From: Bacteroidota bacterium
Lineage (GTDB): Bacteria > Bacteroidota > Bacteroidia > Chitinophagales > Chitinophagaceae
Reading direction: 5' to 3'
NCBI GenBank assembly: GCA_041183265.1
Contig: JBEGMC010000034.1
Span: forward strand, 80 to 64,079
DNA length: 64,000 nt
A program made the translations under genes and the position numbers. Shown piece after piece: positions 46,701-55,360 of this stretch. Below the pieces are notes generated by a model. It had not been told where the DNA came from and made no database searches. It saw only the letters and a program-made list of their open reading frames with translations. Within the stretch, counting starts at the first letter, position 1. Every line of letters starts with the position of its first letter.

Positions 46701-48000
46701 AATCCAGTTTTCTTGCAAAGGTTTTTTCAAAGTCCCTGATCGGTTGCAATCCGATTGAATTCATGAAGTTGACCACTTGTGCCGGATTGCGGCTGTTGGG
46801 ACTGCTGACGATTTTACTGTACAGGTCGTTGGATTGGTTGGAGGGATAGGTGGCACCCGGACGTGGATTGATCACAGGGGGCTGTTGATATGGTTTGTCT
46901 TCCCCAAGATCCATCAGTCCCACTACATCCCTGGCATTGGTTGTAGCACCAAATCTGTTTGTTACCCAAACTTCCAATCGCAAGAGTTGCACTTGAGAGT
47001 TGACGATGGGTAAGTTTTTCATTCCCTTGTTGAACTCTTTTCTGAAATGTTGTGCCAGCAGGAAATGTCTGTTTTCTTCGTATTCATCTGCCTTTATTTC
47101 AAAAGGCATCGATGAAGATCCACCCTTGAATGCAGTCGATTGTCTCTGTGAACGTTGGCTGGCAAATACAGTGGTCAGCCATAATTTTCCGAATTGCATT
47201 TGTGTTTTGATACCAAACAATTGTTGCGCACCCGGTATCAATGTACCCTTGGTAGCAAAAGATGTATTGCCTACTTCTATTTTTTTGAAGACGTCCTCTG
47301 CGCCTCCTGTATAGTCGAGTTTTAATCTGTTTTCAAAATCAAATGTCGAGAGCGTATTGTAGCTGATCGGGAATTTCATTTTGTCGCCGATGTTTCCCAA
47401 TACATTCAGATTGGCGGCCATATCAAAATCCAATCCTCCATTTCTTCTTGCTCTTTCAGGCAGTGTCGGATTTTTGATGTTTTGTCCCTGGTAGCCTGTA
47501 GTGATATTGACTTCACCCTGCGGACGAATATCGACCACCCCTGTTCCAAAAAGACGATTAAACAACTCCTCGCCCATGCTCAATCGGGGCTTAACCAGTT
47601 TCCTGTTGAGGAGACTGATGGTATTGGATCTTTTTTGGAAATAATCTCTTTCTGCCTTTCTTGATTGGATGCGCATGTATTCATCAAAAGTCAGGGAAGT
47701 GGGTTTTCGGAAATACCTGGATCCGATTTTTTCGATGATGTAATATTCTTTGGTTTTGTAATCATACACCAGAGAGTCTTTCAGGTTGACAGGATCCTTC
47801 AGGTCGAATGGATTCTTTTTTGAAAGTGAAATTTTGTCACTTCTTCTGTCCTGCAAAGGATACATCAATGAATCATTGAAAGGCAGGGTGTCTTTTGTTC
47901 TTTCTACTATCAACGGCAAAACCATGCCATTTGCATGCACAAACGTTGCACACATGAGGAGAACCGCAAGAGATGTTATCTTATGAGATAACGTTTTCAA
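40762..48000 (-). CDS. sprA: type IX secretion system translocon / gliding motility protein SprA
   Basis: 2412 aa, the size and sequence character of Bacteroidota SprA/Sov. TTG start followed by signal peptide KTLSHKITSLAVLLMCATFVHA. Beta-rich throughout, ending GGLQVRISLAQ. Confidence 0.92.
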   Translation of the reverse strand: MKTLSHKITSLAVLLMCATFVHANGMVLPLIVERTKDTLPFNDSLMYPLQDRRSDKISLSKKNPFDLKDPVNLKDSLVYDYKTKEYYIIEKIGSRYFRKPTSLTFDEYMRIQSRKAERDYFQKRSNTISLLNRKLVKPRLSMGEELFNRLFGTGVVDIRPQGEVNITTGYQGQNIKNPTLPERARRNGGLDFDMAANLNVLGNIGDKMKFPISYNTLSTFDFENRLKLDYTGGAEDVFKKIEVGNTSFATKGTLIPGAQQLFGIKTQMQFGKLWLTTVFASQRSQRQSTAFKGGSSSMPFEIKADEYEENRHFLLAQHFRKEFNKGMKNLPIVNSQVQLLRLEVWVTNRFGATTNARDVVGLMDLGEDKPYQQPPVINPRPGATYPSNQSNDLYSKIVSSPNSRNPAQVVNFMNSIGLQPIRDFEKTFARKLDSSQYYFNRQLGFISLNVTLQPDEVLGVAFQYTVNGKVFQVGEFAQDVPVDSTSGVSKILFLKLLKATSQRTSLPIWDLMMKNVYAVGAGQLERQDFQFNVLYQEPGGGEKRYITEGEQAGVPLITLLNLDRLNNQNDPQPDGVFDYVEGFTVNSYQSRVMFPVLEPFGHDLDFAFTDPALREKYLFYPLYDTIKAIAQTYANLNRFIMKGSSKSSGGSSGEISLNAFNIPQGSVTVTAGGQKLIENVDYTIDYLSGTLRVINSSIKQSGVPVNVQFENNATFGVQQRTYTGIRWDYLFSDKFSIGGNMVRLGERPFFTKMEYGSDPIRNSMAGLDMSYNSEVPRLSKWLSKLPFYEASGSSSISASAEVAQLKPGHAPQIGKGGKGLVYLDDFEGTKSSIDLRFPIIGWTLASTPAGAKDRFGNTMFPEATSFDNIDYGKNRAKLAWYNIEPILQEKRNLSNPLRNDIEQLSDPRVRSVGQQEIFPRRTPDFGQSQLVTFDLAYYPKERGPYNYDATNIESNGALRNPKQRWGGIMRGIDQTDFETANIEFIDFWVLDPFIKNTNKAGGSMYINLGNISEDILKDSRRFYENGLPTPTIPSSVATSNWGRVPLNPTQITTGFSNEPNDRSFQDVGLDGLSDSAEIAKRKDYLNDLASRLGVGSDAYKQANTDPSSDNFKYYRDASFDQENAGILKRYKNFNNPQGNSPVARAGDAFASAFTLYPDGEDLNRDNTLNEAEEYFQYRIDFKPSGDPLMQVGKNFIADKKVVNVTLSDGSKQDQIWYQFRVPINAYTSKVGEIPDFKSIRFIRMFLTDFEDSVVMRFAKLELVRNNWRSFAYELDTTGTYIPLNKSNENTFFNVTAVNIEENDKRDPIPYRTPPGIERVQTLSNGGINILQNEQALSMTVLNLEEGRGRAVFKGFNHDLRQYKTLAMFYHAESLKQYARINDGELYAVVRLGTDYINHYYEIKYPLKTTPFGSSDENAIWPIENELSFDLQTLIDLKNERNLKTNNPTAIYRKIVNGKIFSVYGNPNLAEIRGILAGVENPKNASGGRPINAEVWINELRLSGINENSAWAAVGQMNIQLADLGTVSVSANMHTVGFGQLEQRVNERYRNDLKQYDLSANLQLGKLLPKQIGLEIPFFLNLSETMSSPQFDPYDRDILLRDKLSLYRDKRDSINGDAVDYTGIKTINFTNVRFAQRQDKKIRLWSLSNFDFSYSLTQTRQHNPLTENNEVAKTQGGIGYNFNRQPKYIEPLKKIIPFQSKWVDFIKNVNFNLMPSLIGFRLDTRRQFGAIRPRNVGGGKFKIPETYDKYFIVDRNYNLRWDLTKSLNFDFRATNNSRVDEPFGRIDTKAKQDSLLRNFLKGGRNTLYSHNADLTYNVPLNSFPLLDWTSLNLAYRTTYNWVGASRLAVNLGNTLQNSNQAGATAELNFTQLYNKVRFLRAIDGNGAAPAPKQPKATSAKKKKEKKDKDGNVIEEKEKKEKEVKQKKDIALSGAEKTILRIITALKRVGASYNEGGTTFLPGYTDSTRALGQNWKSLSPGVDFIAGKQPNQAWLQSVAKKGLITSDPMLNNLFLQNYDQKFNLTAQVEPFKDFLIDVNVDRTLNKNYSTLFKDTANTGQFSALNPYSGGGFSISYISFQTLFGKFDPNAISGTFKTFEENRAVLSKRLGESNPYSKVQGSDGYYKGYGRYAQDVLVPSFIAAYTKQDPKNISLLNTGETGSVKTNPFKGYMPKPNWRITYNGLSKIPGIENILSNFTLSHAYISTLSMNSFNSALLFQDTLLYGFPSFVDTITGNFIPYFLVPNLLISEQFAPLIGIDFSTPSQLSGRFEYKKSRQLSLSLADFQLSEVHSTEITFGMRWRKRGVNLPFNLNLGNKDQSEGQPGSPSGSDITFALDFSIRDDINSNSRLDQQNAYATGGQKVISIRPTIDYVLNNRINLQLYFDQRRVSPYISNSAPSVNTRGGLQVRISLAQ

Positions 48001-48034
48001 TATTTCCTTCTGCTTTGGTGGGGTAGAGTTCTAA

Positions 48035-48616
48035 TCAAATAAATTGAAGTGATTTTTTGATGAGTGATTCAAGTGTATCTTCAGAGGAATGGAGAGTTGA
48101 TTTTTTGATCGCAGATTCAGCACTTGCTCTTGGAATGCCCAATGCAATCAGCGCCTGCAATGCTTCATCTTGTATCCCACGATGTGCAAAACCGGATGTT
48201 GAAGTTGCTGATCCGTTTTTTACCATTTTATCTCTCAGTTCAAGGATGATGCGTTCGGCTGATTTTCTGCCGATGCCTTTTATTTTTTCCAAAGCACCTG
48301 TATTGCCGGATGCGATGGCATTGCTCAACTCTTGAGGTTGCATGGCAGACAGCATCATTCTTGCAGTGGAGGCGCCAACGCCGTTTACATTGATCAGCTG
48401 TTGGAATAAATTCTTTTCATTGATGTCCGCAAATCCAAAAAGGGTATGACTGTCTTCTTTGATTTGAAGCACGGTGAGCAAAGTACCTTTGTCGAGATCC
48501 TGGATTTTTGCAAACGTATTCAAGCTGATTTGTGCCTCATAGCCAACTCCATTCACATCGATGTGAACATAGGAAGGGGTCTTCAATATGTAATTACCTG
48601 TCAAACTGGCAATCAT
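48035..48616 (-). CDS. ruvA: Holliday junction branch migration protein RuvA
   Basis: 193 aa. MIASLTGNY...[13 protein letters not shown] domain, two HhH motifs ([21 protein letters not shown]) and C-terminal domain III. Confidence 0.93.
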   Translation of the reverse strand: MIASLTGNYILKTPSYVHIDVNGVGYEAQISLNTFAKIQDLDKGTLLTVLQIKEDSHTLFGFADINEKNLFQQLINVNGVGASTARMMLSAMQPQELSNAIASGNTGALEKIKGIGRKSAERIILELRDKMVKNGSATSTSGFAHRGIQDEALQALIALGIPRASAESAIKKSTLHSSEDTLESLIKKSLQFI

Positions 48617-48663
48617 GAGGTTTTATTGTACATAACGAAGATAAGAACACCCGTCAAAATAGT

Positions 48664-48671
48664 TACATTTG
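48664..48671 (+). promoter_or_regulatory. Bacteroidota -7 promoter box TAnnTTTG
   Basis: TACATTTG, 17 nt upstream of fabH ATG 48689. Confidence 0.4.
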
Positions 48672-48688
48672 TGGTCCAATTGAATCAT

Positions 48689-49681
48689 ATGCAAAAAATC
48701 ACTGCTGCGATCACTTCTGTAGGTGGTTATGTTCCAGAGGACCTGCTTACCAATGAAGATCTGGAAAAAATGGTGGATACCAATGATGAATGGATCAGAA
48801 CCCGCACAGGAATTGTTGAAAGGCATATTCTGAAAGGTGAGGGCAAGGCAACATCAGACCTGGTGGCACCTGCTGTAAGAGACCTTTGTGCAAAGCGTGG
48901 CATTGATCCCAATGAAATCGATTGTCTGATTGTTGCGACGGTTACCCCTGATATGTTTTTCCCCAATACAGCCAATATCAGCTGTGATAAATTAGGTATA
49001 AAAAATGCCTGGGGATTTGACATCCTCGCCGCCTGCTCCGGATTTCTGTATGCATTGACCACAGGCGCCTCTCTGATCGAAAGTGGACGATACAAGAAAG
49101 TAGTGGTGGTTGGGGCAGACAAAATGAGCTCTATCGTGGATTATACCGATCGGACTACCTGTATTCTTTTCGGAGATGGGGCAGGGGCTGTTTTATTGGA
49201 ACCCAACTCGGAGGGCTACGGTGTGCTTGACAGCATTTTAAAAAGCGATGGCAGCGGAGGAAAATATTTGCACATGAAGGGAGGTGGTTCTCTCAATCCA
49301 CCCAGTGCCGAAACCATTGCAAGAAAAGAGCATTTTATCTACCAGGACGGACAACCTGTTTTCAAATTTGCTGTAACCGGCATGGCTGATGTAAGTTATG
49401 AATTGATGGAACGCAATCATCTGAAATCAGAAGATATTGCATGGCTTGTCCCACATCAGGCCAACAAGCGCATCATCGATGCAACGGCAAGACGCATGGG
49501 ACTCTCAGATGAGAAGGTCATGTTGAATATACAGCGCTATGGGAATACCACAGCTGCTACCATTCCTTTGTGTTTGTGGGATTTCCAATCAAAATTGAAA
49601 AAAGGTGACAACATCGTGCTCGCTGCATTCGGCGGTGGATTCACCTGGGGAGCAACATGGGTTAAATGGTTCATCAATTAA
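48689..49681 (+). CDS. fabH: beta-ketoacyl-ACP synthase III
   Basis: 330 aa from ATG 48689 (the track start 48446 overlaps ruvA). Active-site [15 protein letters not shown] and [10 protein letters not shown]. Confidence 0.95.
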   Translation: MQKITAAITSVGGYVPEDLLTNEDLEKMVDTNDEWIRTRTGIVERHILKGEGKATSDLVAPAVRDLCAKRGIDPNEIDCLIVATVTPDMFFPNTANISCDKLGIKNAWGFDILAACSGFLYALTTGASLIESGRYKKVVVVGADKMSSIVDYTDRTTCILFGDGAGAVLLEPNSEGYGVLDSILKSDGSGGKYLHMKGGGSLNPPSAETIARKEHFIYQDGQPVFKFAVTGMADVSYELMERNHLKSEDIAWLVPHQANKRIIDATARRMGLSDEKVMLNIQRYGNTTAATIPLCLWDFQSKLKKGDNIVLAAFGGGFTWGATWVKWFIN

Positions 49682-49686
49682 TCAGT

Positions 49687-50910
49687 ATGTCAGGAAATAA
49701 CAAAGTATTCAGGGGATTCAGTTCATTGGCCATTCATGCCGGTCAGCATCCCGATCCCATGTATGCCCATCTTACACCCATCTACGCATCTTCAACATAT
49801 GTATATGATGAAGCTGAACAGGGCAGCAGGAGGTTCTCCGGACAAGAAAAGGGATATATCTATTCAAGATGGGGCAACCCAACGATGAATGAGGCAGAGG
49901 AAAAAATTGCTGCAATGGAAACCTTTGGATTGCATAAAAATGGCAGTCCACTTGAAGCAAAAGCAATTCTTCATGCTTCCGGCATGGCAGCCATCAGTTC
50001 ACTTTTGTTGGCTACTTTAAAAAAGGGAGATAAAATTCTTACACATTACTCTCTCTACAGCGGTACGCAGGACTATATGAAATCTTTGTTGGAGCCACTG
50101 GAACTTTCATCCATCATCGTTGATTTGCGTGATCTTGCTCTTGCTGAAAAATATTTGAAAGAAGATGCCGCTATCAAATTGATTTATCTTGAAACGCCTG
50201 CCAATCCCACATTGCAGTGTGTTGATTTAAAGGCGTTGTCTGATCTTGCAAAAAAATACGGGAAAATCTCTGCCTGCGACAACACGTTCGCAACACCTTT
50301 TCTGCAACAACCCTTCAAACACGGGATTGATTTTGTGGTACACAGCACTACAAAATTTTTAAACGGACATGGAACCGCTATTGGTGGTGTATTGGTGGGC
50401 ACAGATATCGAATTCATGCAAACGCGCGCAACCAAAACCCATCGTTTGTTGGGTGGGAACAGCAATGCATTTGAAGCGTTTTTGTTGATCAATGGCATGA
50501 AAACATTGGAACTGCGGATGGAAAGACATTGTGACAATGCCATGCGAGTTGCCCAATTCCTTGAAACGCATCCTGCTATTCAACAAGTAAATTACAACGG
50601 ACTCTCAACTCATCCGGATTTTGATGTTTCACAAAAACAGATGCATCATCCGGGCGCGATGATGAGCTTTGAATTGAAGGGAGGATTTGACGCAGGTGTG
50701 AAATTCATGAACAAGTTGCAGATGTGCACAAGAACAGTTTCACTGGGTACCTGTGATACATTGCTCTCGCATCCAGCCTCCATGTCGCATTCCAGTATTC
50801 CAAAGGAAAACCGACTGCAATACGGCATCACCGATGGATTGATCCGTTTGAGTGTGGGTATTGAAAATGGGGATGATATTTTGAACGACTTTGAACAGGC
50901 TTTGCAATGA
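49687..50910 (+). CDS. Cys/Met-metabolism PLP-dependent enzyme (cystathionine gamma-synthase / methionine gamma-lyase family)
   Basis: 407 aa from ATG 49687. PLP-lysine motif HSTTKFLNGHG and LGTCDTLLSHPASMSH. Exact specificity cannot be determined from sequence alone. Confidence 0.85.
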   Translation: MSGNNKVFRGFSSLAIHAGQHPDPMYAHLTPIYASSTYVYDEAEQGSRRFSGQEKGYIYSRWGNPTMNEAEEKIAAMETFGLHKNGSPLEAKAILHASGMAAISSLLLATLKKGDKILTHYSLYSGTQDYMKSLLEPLELSSIIVDLRDLALAEKYLKEDAAIKLIYLETPANPTLQCVDLKALSDLAKKYGKISACDNTFATPFLQQPFKHGIDFVVHSTTKFLNGHGTAIGGVLVGTDIEFMQTRATKTHRLLGGNSNAFEAFLLINGMKTLELRMERHCDNAMRVAQFLETHPAIQQVNYNGLSTHPDFDVSQKQMHHPGAMMSFELKGGFDAGVKFMNKLQMCTRTVSLGTCDTLLSHPASMSHSSIPKENRLQYGITDGLIRLSVGIENGDDILNDFEQALQ

Positions 50911-51365
50911 TCTTGAGGAAAGCAGAAAAAAGAGATATTTCTGCCATGCTGAAACTCATTCAGGAATTGGCAGATTATGAAAAGGCGCCCCATGAGGTAA
51001 CGGTCGACCCTGCTCATTTTGAGGCATCCGGATTCGGTCCTCACCCTGTTTGGTGGGCATTTGTTGTGGAGGATGAAAAGCTGGATGGGAGTCCCGTGGT
51101 TGGTTTTGCGCTTTATTATGTCCGCTACAGCACCTGGAAGGGTCAGGTCATGTACCTGGAAGATATCATCGTAACATCCAAATACCGCGGCAAAGGCATC
51201 GGTAAAATGCTGATGGACAAATTGATAGAAGAGGCCAGAGAAAAGGGTTTCAAGCGCATAACCTGGCAGGTATTGGAATGGAACGAGCCCGCGATTGGCT
51301 TTTACAAAAAATACAATGCAACATTCGACCCGGAATGGGTAAATGTTATCCTTGATCTGAACTGA
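50907..51365 (+). CDS. GNAT family N-acetyltransferase (SSAT-like)
   Basis: 152 aa. Acetyl-CoA motif YRGKGIGKMLM. ATGA overlap with the upstream stop. Confidence 0.85.
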   Translation: MILRKAEKRDISAMLKLIQELADYEKAPHEVTVDPAHFEASGFGPHPVWWAFVVEDEKLDGSPVVGFALYYVRYSTWKGQVMYLEDIIVTSKYRGKGIGKMLMDKLIEEAREKGFKRITWQVLEWNEPAIGFYKKYNATFDPEWVNVILDLN

Positions 51366-51409
51366 TTTACGGGGTATTTGCTTAACTTCGCGCTCAAATT
51401 TTACGCCCC

Positions 51410-52297
51410 ATGGCAGGCCAATTAAAGGAAGTCAGAAACAGGATCAAGTCGGTACAATCAACCCAGCAGATTACCAAGGCAATGAAGATGGTGAGCGCTG
51501 CCAAATTACGCCGTGCACAGGATGCCATCATTCAGATGCGTCCATATGCAAAAAAACTGCAGGAAATGCTGAGCAACATTGTGAGCAATGTAGATACCAG
51601 TGCGAATATTTCACTTGCAGAACAAAGACCTGTAAAAAAAGTATTGCTGATTGTCATTACAAGTGACCGCGGACTCTGCGGAGCTTACAACGCAAATATT
51701 CAAAAAACGGCGCTTGCAACCATTCAGCAGCGTTACAGCAATGTGCACGCCAATGGCGACCTTACCATTTGGTCCATTGGAAAAAAAGGTGCTGAATTTT
51801 TTCAAAAAAGAGGCTACAAGGTTGAAACAACATTCAGAGATCTGTTTCTTCATCTTTCCTTTGATGGCGTCCAGGCCTGCGCGCAAGCTGCAGTAAAAGC
51901 TTTTGCGGAAAAAGAATATGATGCAGTTGAGATAGTATACAGTGAATTCAAGAATGCTGCAACACAGCGCTTTGTTTCAGAGCCATTTCTTCCCATACCC
52001 AAAGAGGAAAAATCTGCTGGTGCGTCATCTCAAAAAGCAGATTTTATTTTTGAACCTTCTCAGGAGGTACTGATTGCTGAGCTGATGCCCAAGATTTTAA
52101 ACACCCAGTTGTACAAAGCAGTGTTGGATGGCAATGCATCTGAACATGGTGCAAGGATGACAGCAATGGACAAAGCATCTGAAAATGCAAACGAATTGCT
52201 CAAAACATTGAAGATTTCTTACAACAGAGCAAGGCAGGCTGCTATCACGACTGAGCTTACTGAAATTGTGAGCGGAGCAGCAGCATTGCAAGGGTAA
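51410..52297 (+). CDS. atpG: F0F1 ATP synthase subunit gamma
   Basis: 295 aa. MAGQLKEVRNRIKSVQSTQQITKAMKMVSAAKLRRAQ N-terminus and C-terminal helix RQAAITTELTEIVSGAAAL. Confidence 0.93.
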   Translation: MAGQLKEVRNRIKSVQSTQQITKAMKMVSAAKLRRAQDAIIQMRPYAKKLQEMLSNIVSNVDTSANISLAEQRPVKKVLLIVITSDRGLCGAYNANIQKTALATIQQRYSNVHANGDLTIWSIGKKGAEFFQKRGYKVETTFRDLFLHLSFDGVQACAQAAVKAFAEKEYDAVEIVYSEFKNAATQRFVSEPFLPIPKEEKSAGASSQKADFIFEPSQEVLIAELMPKILNTQLYKAVLDGNASEHGARMTAMDKASENANELLKTLKISYNRARQAAITTELTEIVSGAAALQG

Positions 52298-52358
52298 GAT
52301 TTCGGGATATTCCCTTACATTTAACACCCCAAAAAGGGTAAAAAAGATTTCAATATCA

Positions 52359-53033
52359 ATGGAAATAGCCAATTTAATCAATCATGTTGAGGCGCTGATT
52401 TTCGCCAGTGAAAAACCACTCACTGCAGTTGAGATTGTTGAACTCATCAACAATGCTTTCGGTTTCATGGATGATAAAGTCACCATGGATCAGGTGGAAA
52501 CCAGTATTGAAGGTATCAATGAAAAATACCAATCAGAATTTTATCCATTTGAATTGAGACAAAGCGGAGGCGGATGGCAATTCCTCACCAAAAAAGAATT
52601 TCATACCACCATTGCTCAATTGAACGGGGATAAATTTCTCAAACGTTTGTCTACCGCAGCTTTGGAAACACTTGCCATCATTGCATACAAACAACCCATC
52701 ACCAAATCTGAAATTGAAGCCATTCGTGGCGTCAACTGTGATTACTCTATTCAGAAATTGCTGGAGAAAGAATTGATCATTATTTCCGGAAGAAATGAAC
52801 AAATGGTTGGCAAGCCGCTCATTTATGCAACTTCACGTCATTTCATGGATTATTTTGGTATCAACACATCTGATGAGTTGCCCAGGATAAGTGAGGTTTT
52901 GGCCGAGCAGATTGTCATGCCTACCCTCGTAAATGCTGAGCATTTTGAGATGGAGGGTGAAGTTCAATCGAATACGGAGGAGGGACAAGCAACAAGTGAC
53001 GATGGACAAGGAGAAAATATTGAAGGGGCATAG
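52359..53033 (+). CDS. scpB: segregation and condensation protein B
   Basis: 224 aa. Tandem winged-helix ScpB pattern (VEALIFASEKPL, LSTAALETLAIIAYKQPITKSEIEAIRGV) and an acidic tail. Confidence 0.88.
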   Translation: MEIANLINHVEALIFASEKPLTAVEIVELINNAFGFMDDKVTMDQVETSIEGINEKYQSEFYPFELRQSGGGWQFLTKKEFHTTIAQLNGDKFLKRLSTAALETLAIIAYKQPITKSEIEAIRGVNCDYSIQKLLEKELIIISGRNEQMVGKPLIYATSRHFMDYFGINTSDELPRISEVLAEQIVMPTLVNAEHFEMEGEVQSNTEEGQATSDDGQGENIEGA

Positions 53034-53053
53034 TTTCAAATCATCATTCAATC

Positions 53054-54262
53054 ATGGCTCCTTCTCTTTCAAATGACATTCTACTCAAGGCAGCTGAAGC
53101 CTTCTCAACACCCCTTTATGTTTATGACGAAGAGCGTATTCGTTTTCAATATCATAAACTGGTACATGCATTTCACCAATCAGATGTCAGGATTTTCTAT
53201 GCTTGCAAGGCGTTGAGCAACATCAATATATTGCGCATTTTTCAGCAAATGGGTGCAGGCATCGATTGTGTGAGTCTGAATGAGGTGCAATTTGCACTCA
53301 GAGCAGGATTTGAGCCAAAGACAATAATATTTACACCCAACAGCGTTTCATTCGAAGATTACAGGGAAGCAGTCAGCTTGGGAGTCAATATCAATATCGA
53401 TAATCTCGAGATTCTTCAACAATTTGGAGCTGCTTACGGCGGTTCATATCCGGTTGTGGTGCGCATCAATCCACATATCCTGGCTGGAGGCAATATCAAG
53501 ATATCTACAGGGCACATTGATTCTAAATTTGGAATTTCAATTGACCAGGTCACTGAGATCATTGCTATAAAAAAGCAAACCGGATTGGCGATCAAGGGCT
53601 TGCATCTTCATACAGGCAGTGAGATCAAGGAAGTAGAAGTTTTCCTCAACGGACTCAACCTCTTGCTTGATTTGAGCAAGCAGTTTGAAGAATTGACTGT
53701 AATTGATTTGGGAGGCGGATTCAAAGTGCCCTACAAACCCGATGAGAAAGGTGCAAATATTGAAGAGTTGGGACAGAAGCTTTTTGAAAGACTGGATCAG
53801 TTTCAACAGACAAATCATAGAAATTTTCAAATATGGTTTGAACCTGGAAAGTTTCTTGTCAGTGAAGCCGGTTATTTTTTAACAAAAGCCAACATTATCA
53901 AAGAGAATCCCACGCGAAGGTTTGTTGGTGTTGACAGTGGCTTCAACCACTTGATCCGTCCAATGTTTTACGATGCTTACCATATCATTGAAAATATCAG
54001 CAATACAGATGGCCCGTTGAAAACATACAATGTTGTAGGAAACATTTGCGAGACCGATACATTTGCATGGGACAGGACACTGCCCGAAGTCAGTCCCGGT
54101 GATGTGCTCATGTTTAAAAATGCCGGTGCATATGGATTTGAAATGAGCAGTCGTTTCAATTCAAGAGCAAGACCTGCCGAAGTGCTTGTCAGCAAAGATG
54201 AAACAAGACTCATTCGTAAAAGAGAAACACTGGATGATTTGATCCAGGGACAAATACTCTGA
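53054..54262 (+). CDS. lysA: diaminopimelate decarboxylase
   Basis: 402 aa. PLP-lysine context FYACKA, HLHTGS, DLGGGF, EPGKF and CETD. Confidence 0.93.
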   Translation: MAPSLSNDILLKAAEAFSTPLYVYDEERIRFQYHKLVHAFHQSDVRIFYACKALSNINILRIFQQMGAGIDCVSLNEVQFALRAGFEPKTIIFTPNSVSFEDYREAVSLGVNINIDNLEILQQFGAAYGGSYPVVVRINPHILAGGNIKISTGHIDSKFGISIDQVTEIIAIKKQTGLAIKGLHLHTGSEIKEVEVFLNGLNLLLDLSKQFEELTVIDLGGGFKVPYKPDEKGANIEELGQKLFERLDQFQQTNHRNFQIWFEPGKFLVSEAGYFLTKANIIKENPTRRFVGVDSGFNHLIRPMFYDAYHIIENISNTDGPLKTYNVVGNICETDTFAWDRTLPEVSPGDVLMFKNAGAYGFEMSSRFNSRARPAEVLVSKDETRLIRKRETLDDLIQGQIL

Positions 54263-55210
54263 CTATTTTTTATTTTTCTTTCTCAGCTTGGAAAACCTTC
54301 CGTCAAAACTGCACCTGACTGATCGGTGATTTCCACATGCTTCCAGTTCCTTTACCTGCAATCCACTGCTGCTGAATGTAAATTCAAGCACACAATGGTC
54401 ATCTGCCTTGTTGTATTGATAAACTTTTGGCTTGACCTGCGCAATATCTCCTCTCAAGCTACCTGTGCAGGATTTCCCATTTTTATCTACGTTGATGAAA
54501 AACAAAAGTTTTCCGTTTTTCCCTCCATCTCTGATCGCAACAAAGTTTTTCTTATCCTGTGCATAATTCCCACTCAATGGTTGCGTCATCGGAAGCGTGT
54601 CAATCGGATTGTAAACCTCTTTCTCTACGACAGGTTCATTGCTCTCAGTTAGAATCAATGTGAAAACTCCTTCGGTATTGTATACAAAAACACTTTTGTT
54701 GTAGTAGGACTTTCCAGTGCCTATGCTGCTGTTTTTGACCTTGGTAATGGTAAGTCTTCTGTCCAACCCACCATCATATGAAACAGCTGGGTTGAAACTT
54801 TTTTCACTCAACAACATGCCAGTTTTGAAAATTTCATCTTTATCAAAACAAATTACGTAAGCATATCTTTTCTCTTTTTTTTGTGCAGTCAAGAACAAAT
54901 AAATTTCACCTGTTTCTTCGGCTGCATATCTTCCTTTCCGGTAAAATTTGACATCTTTCGTTTTGCCCAATTCATTCTTGAATACACTGTCCGGTATGAA
55001 TTTTGACACAACGGTTGATTTGATGAAACTGCTGTCGGATTCTTTTTTTTCAAAATAGTCCTGTTTGAATTGTACGGGCAATTCAACAGTTTTAAAGGCT
55101 TTGATGAAATCGCCCGCAACAATTTCATCATCCACATTGATGTCTTTTTCTTTATGGTTGCATGAACCCATCGAGCAGAGCAGTGCCAAAAAGACGAAAA
55201 ATTTTCTCAT
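54263..55210 (-). CDS. hypothetical lipoprotein
   Basis: 315 aa. Lipobox-like FLALLCSMGSC, no recognised family and a Lys-rich C-terminus. A TACATTTG box lies 14 nt upstream. Confidence 0.6.
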   Translation of the reverse strand: MRKFFVFLALLCSMGSCNHKEKDINVDDEIVAGDFIKAFKTVELPVQFKQDYFEKKESDSSFIKSTVVSKFIPDSVFKNELGKTKDVKFYRKGRYAAEETGEIYLFLTAQKKEKRYAYVICFDKDEIFKTGMLLSEKSFNPAVSYDGGLDRRLTITKVKNSSIGTGKSYYNKSVFVYNTEGVFTLILTESNEPVVEKEVYNPIDTLPMTQPLSGNYAQDKKNFVAIRDGGKNGKLLFFINVDKNGKSCTGSLRGDIAQVKPKVYQYNKADDHCVLEFTFSSSGLQVKELEACGNHRSVRCSFDGRFSKLRKKNKK

Positions 55211-55224
55211 GAGCGAGTATTGTT

Positions 55225-55232
55225 CAAATGTA
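55225..55232 (-). promoter_or_regulatory. Bacteroidota -7 promoter box TAnnTTTG
   Basis: Minus strand reads TACATTTG, 14 nt upstream of the lipoprotein ATG 55210. Confidence 0.4.
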
Positions 55233-55360
55233 GTTTTTTTATGGGTAAAGGGAGTGATGACGCGAGGGACTTAAGTTTTCAACAGAATGTGTAAAATATA
55301 CATATTAATTTCATGCATTCCCTTTTTGGGACTATATTGCGGCCTTATAAAAAACGGATC

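Noticed and set aside
48446-48688. 81-aa N-terminal extension of fabH.
   Set aside because: It overlaps the ruvA 5' end on the opposite strand and has no FabH homology. ATG 48689 ([16 protein letters not shown]) is the canonical FabH start, and a promoter box lies 17 nt upstream of it.
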